From: Octopus sinensis
Taxonomy: Eukaryota
DNA length: 64,000 nt
Direction: 5' to 3'
Assembly: GCF_006345805.1 (NCBI RefSeq)
Contig: NC_043016.1
Location: 23,250,001 to 23,314,000 of the forward strand
The translations under genes were made by a program, and so were the position numbers. Below the pieces are notes generated by a model. That model saw only the letters and a program-made list of their open reading frames with translations, had not been told where the DNA came from and did not search any database. Position 1 is the first letter of the stretch. Each line of letters begins with the position of its first letter. This document shows positions 62,121 to 64,000 of the stretch, one piece after another.

Positions 62121-62557
62121 AGCTAATTTAGGCAGCTGCTGTTAGGGAAGATAACTGCACCTACATATTTATTTCACCAGTTAATATTCATAAGATTATG
62201 ATCTCTGGGCAGCCAACATCATGGAATAATAATTTATTTGGTAAGTACCAATGGATTAGTTAAATCCATATATCATGCATTAAATTGGAAGGCCTGCTGG
62301 CAACACGCTGCTCCTCTAAATGGAAACCTTACTTGTCGTGGTATTGTGGCATGAAGCAAAGCAGGCCGTGCTGTCAAATCAAGAAAACACATAGTAAATG
62401 ATCCACAAGCATTTAAGCATACTGAGTCCTCAGCTTGTTCCATTTGCTAAAAGGTTTGCAAGGCCCCAAGAGACACGTGATTACCGCTTTATTTTAATGA
62501 TCCCTCATTTGTTGTTCGAGACGAGAGAATCCATCATTAATCCACATGCATACAATT

Positions 62558-62679
<122 letters not shown>

Positions 62680-62687
62680 TTCCTTCC

Positions 62688-62787
62688 NNNNNNNNNNNNN
62701 NNNNNNNNNNNNNNNNNNNNNNNNNNNNNNNNNNNNNNNNNNNNNNNNNNNNNNNNNNNNNNNNNNNNNNNNNNNNNNNNNNNNNNN
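62688..62787. other. Assembly gap (100 N)
   Basis: Direct reading. Confidence 1.
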
Positions 62788-63720
62788 GTGCATCATCACA
62801 TGTAAGCATCCCTTGGACACTTCCAGCCACTGGACACCAAGTTCTGTCAAATACACATTGACCTGGTTTTGGTCTTGGCGGGTCAGTTGCAGATCTACTT
62901 ATATATTGACTGCTTCAATTGCTTCTCCAGATGGCCTGAAGCCATCTCTTGTGGACATTTCCATGACCAGAGCACTCATCTCCAGGTGGATATCTTGCTT
63001 CAGAGCACCCTCTAGAATTACCACTTGACCATGGATGCCAATTTGAAGCTTGTCTGTTCCGTGAGCTTTCGAGATTGCTCGGAGTTCAGCACATCCACAC
63101 CATATGATACATCCCATCGCCAGCTAATTTAGGCAGCTGCTGTTAGGGAAGATAACTGCACCTACATATTTATTTCACCAGTTAATATTCATAAGATTAT
63201 GATCTCTGGGCAGCCAACATCATGAATAATAATTTATTGGTAAGTACCAATGGATTAGTTAAATCCATATATCATGCATTAAATGGAAGGCCTGCTGGCA
63301 ACACGCTGCTCCCTAATGGAAACCTTACTTGTCGTGGTATTGTGGCATGAAGCAAAAGCGGCCGTGCTGTAAAATCAAGAAAAACACATAGTAAATGATC
63401 CACAAGCATTAAGCATACTGAGTCCTCAGCTTGTTCCATTGCTAAAAGGTTTGCAAGGCCCAAGAGACACGTGATTACCGCTTTATTTTAATGATCCCTC
63501 ATGTTGTTCGAGACGAGAGAATCCATCATTAATCCACATGCATACAATTTCTTCTTTCTTTCTTTCTTTCTTTCTTTCTTTTTTCTTTCTTTCTTTCTTT
63601 TTCTTTCTTTCTTTCTTTCTTCTTTCTTTCTTCTCTCTTCTTTCTTTCTTTCTTTCTTTCTTCCTCCTTCCTTCCTTCCTTCCTCCTTCCTCCCTCCCTC
63701 CTTCCCTCCCCTCTCTCTTC
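62788..63720 (+). repeat. Near-identical second copy of 61785-62687 (probable unmerged contig overlap)
   Basis: It restarts at gtgcatcatcacatgtaagc after the gap and differs mostly by single-base indels. Confidence 0.85.
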
Positions 63721-64000
63721 CTTCCTCTTATTAATTTATTGGTTTCTCTCTAAAAAGTTCAAGGAATTTGGCAATCCTGGAGAGGGCTTTCCAACAGTAT
63801 GATATTAGAGCACTGGCTAATCTGCTGAGGCAACTGGTGAAGACAGCGATAGTGACTCAGATACTGTAAGTACTCATTTAATTATCAGTAATTGTCATGT
63901 ATACACTTGCACATACACACAAGCATATATACATGTTTGTATGTACATGCACATGCATAGACACATACAAACATATATGTATATATGTGTGTACATATAT

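Noticed and set aside
63272-63463. ORF GLANLLAMEQAEDSVCLMLVDHLL... ending at |gtaagg
   Set aside because: The frame is not preserved in the other copy (62330-62470), indel errors dominate, and no acceptor or homology was recognised.

Overview
Eukaryotic, AT-rich, microsatellite- and transposon-dense genomic DNA. Its SINE families are typical of an octopus (Octopus sp.) genome; this is inferred from repeat content, not from a search. One protein-coding gene can be identified: the 5' part of an OCIA-domain gene (OCIAD1/asrij orthologue) on the minus strand. It has three in-phase coding exons at 14250-14360, 9601-9676 and 3115-3168, and the rest of the gene lies beyond the left edge. The remainder is mostly interspersed repeats: four tRNA-derived SINE families, RTE-tail repeats with an internal ~61-bp hairpin minisatellite, mariner/Tc1 derivatives and MITEs, a hAT element with 8-bp TSD, TTAA/piggyBac-type MITEs, non-autonomous Helitron/Helentron elements, decayed CR1/RTE LINE fragments and a Gypsy integrase fragment. 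A 100-N gap with a flanking duplication is probably an assembly artefact. The most unusual signal is a set of unrelated short elements beside (TA)n tracts carrying minimal type-I hammerhead ribozyme motifs. One is intact (26865-26907), one is fused to a tRNA-headed SINE (16534-16579), and several sit in inverted or fold-back arrangements, including a tandem pair of ~465-bp near-perfect palindromes at 44797-45806. Also notable are a SINE abutting the OCIAD1 start codon that may supply its splice acceptor, and several orphan minus-strand exon candidates suggesting unannotated genes. Repeat boundaries were read by eye and can be off by a few to tens of bases. No bacterial-type features (CRISPR, rRNA, operons) are present.
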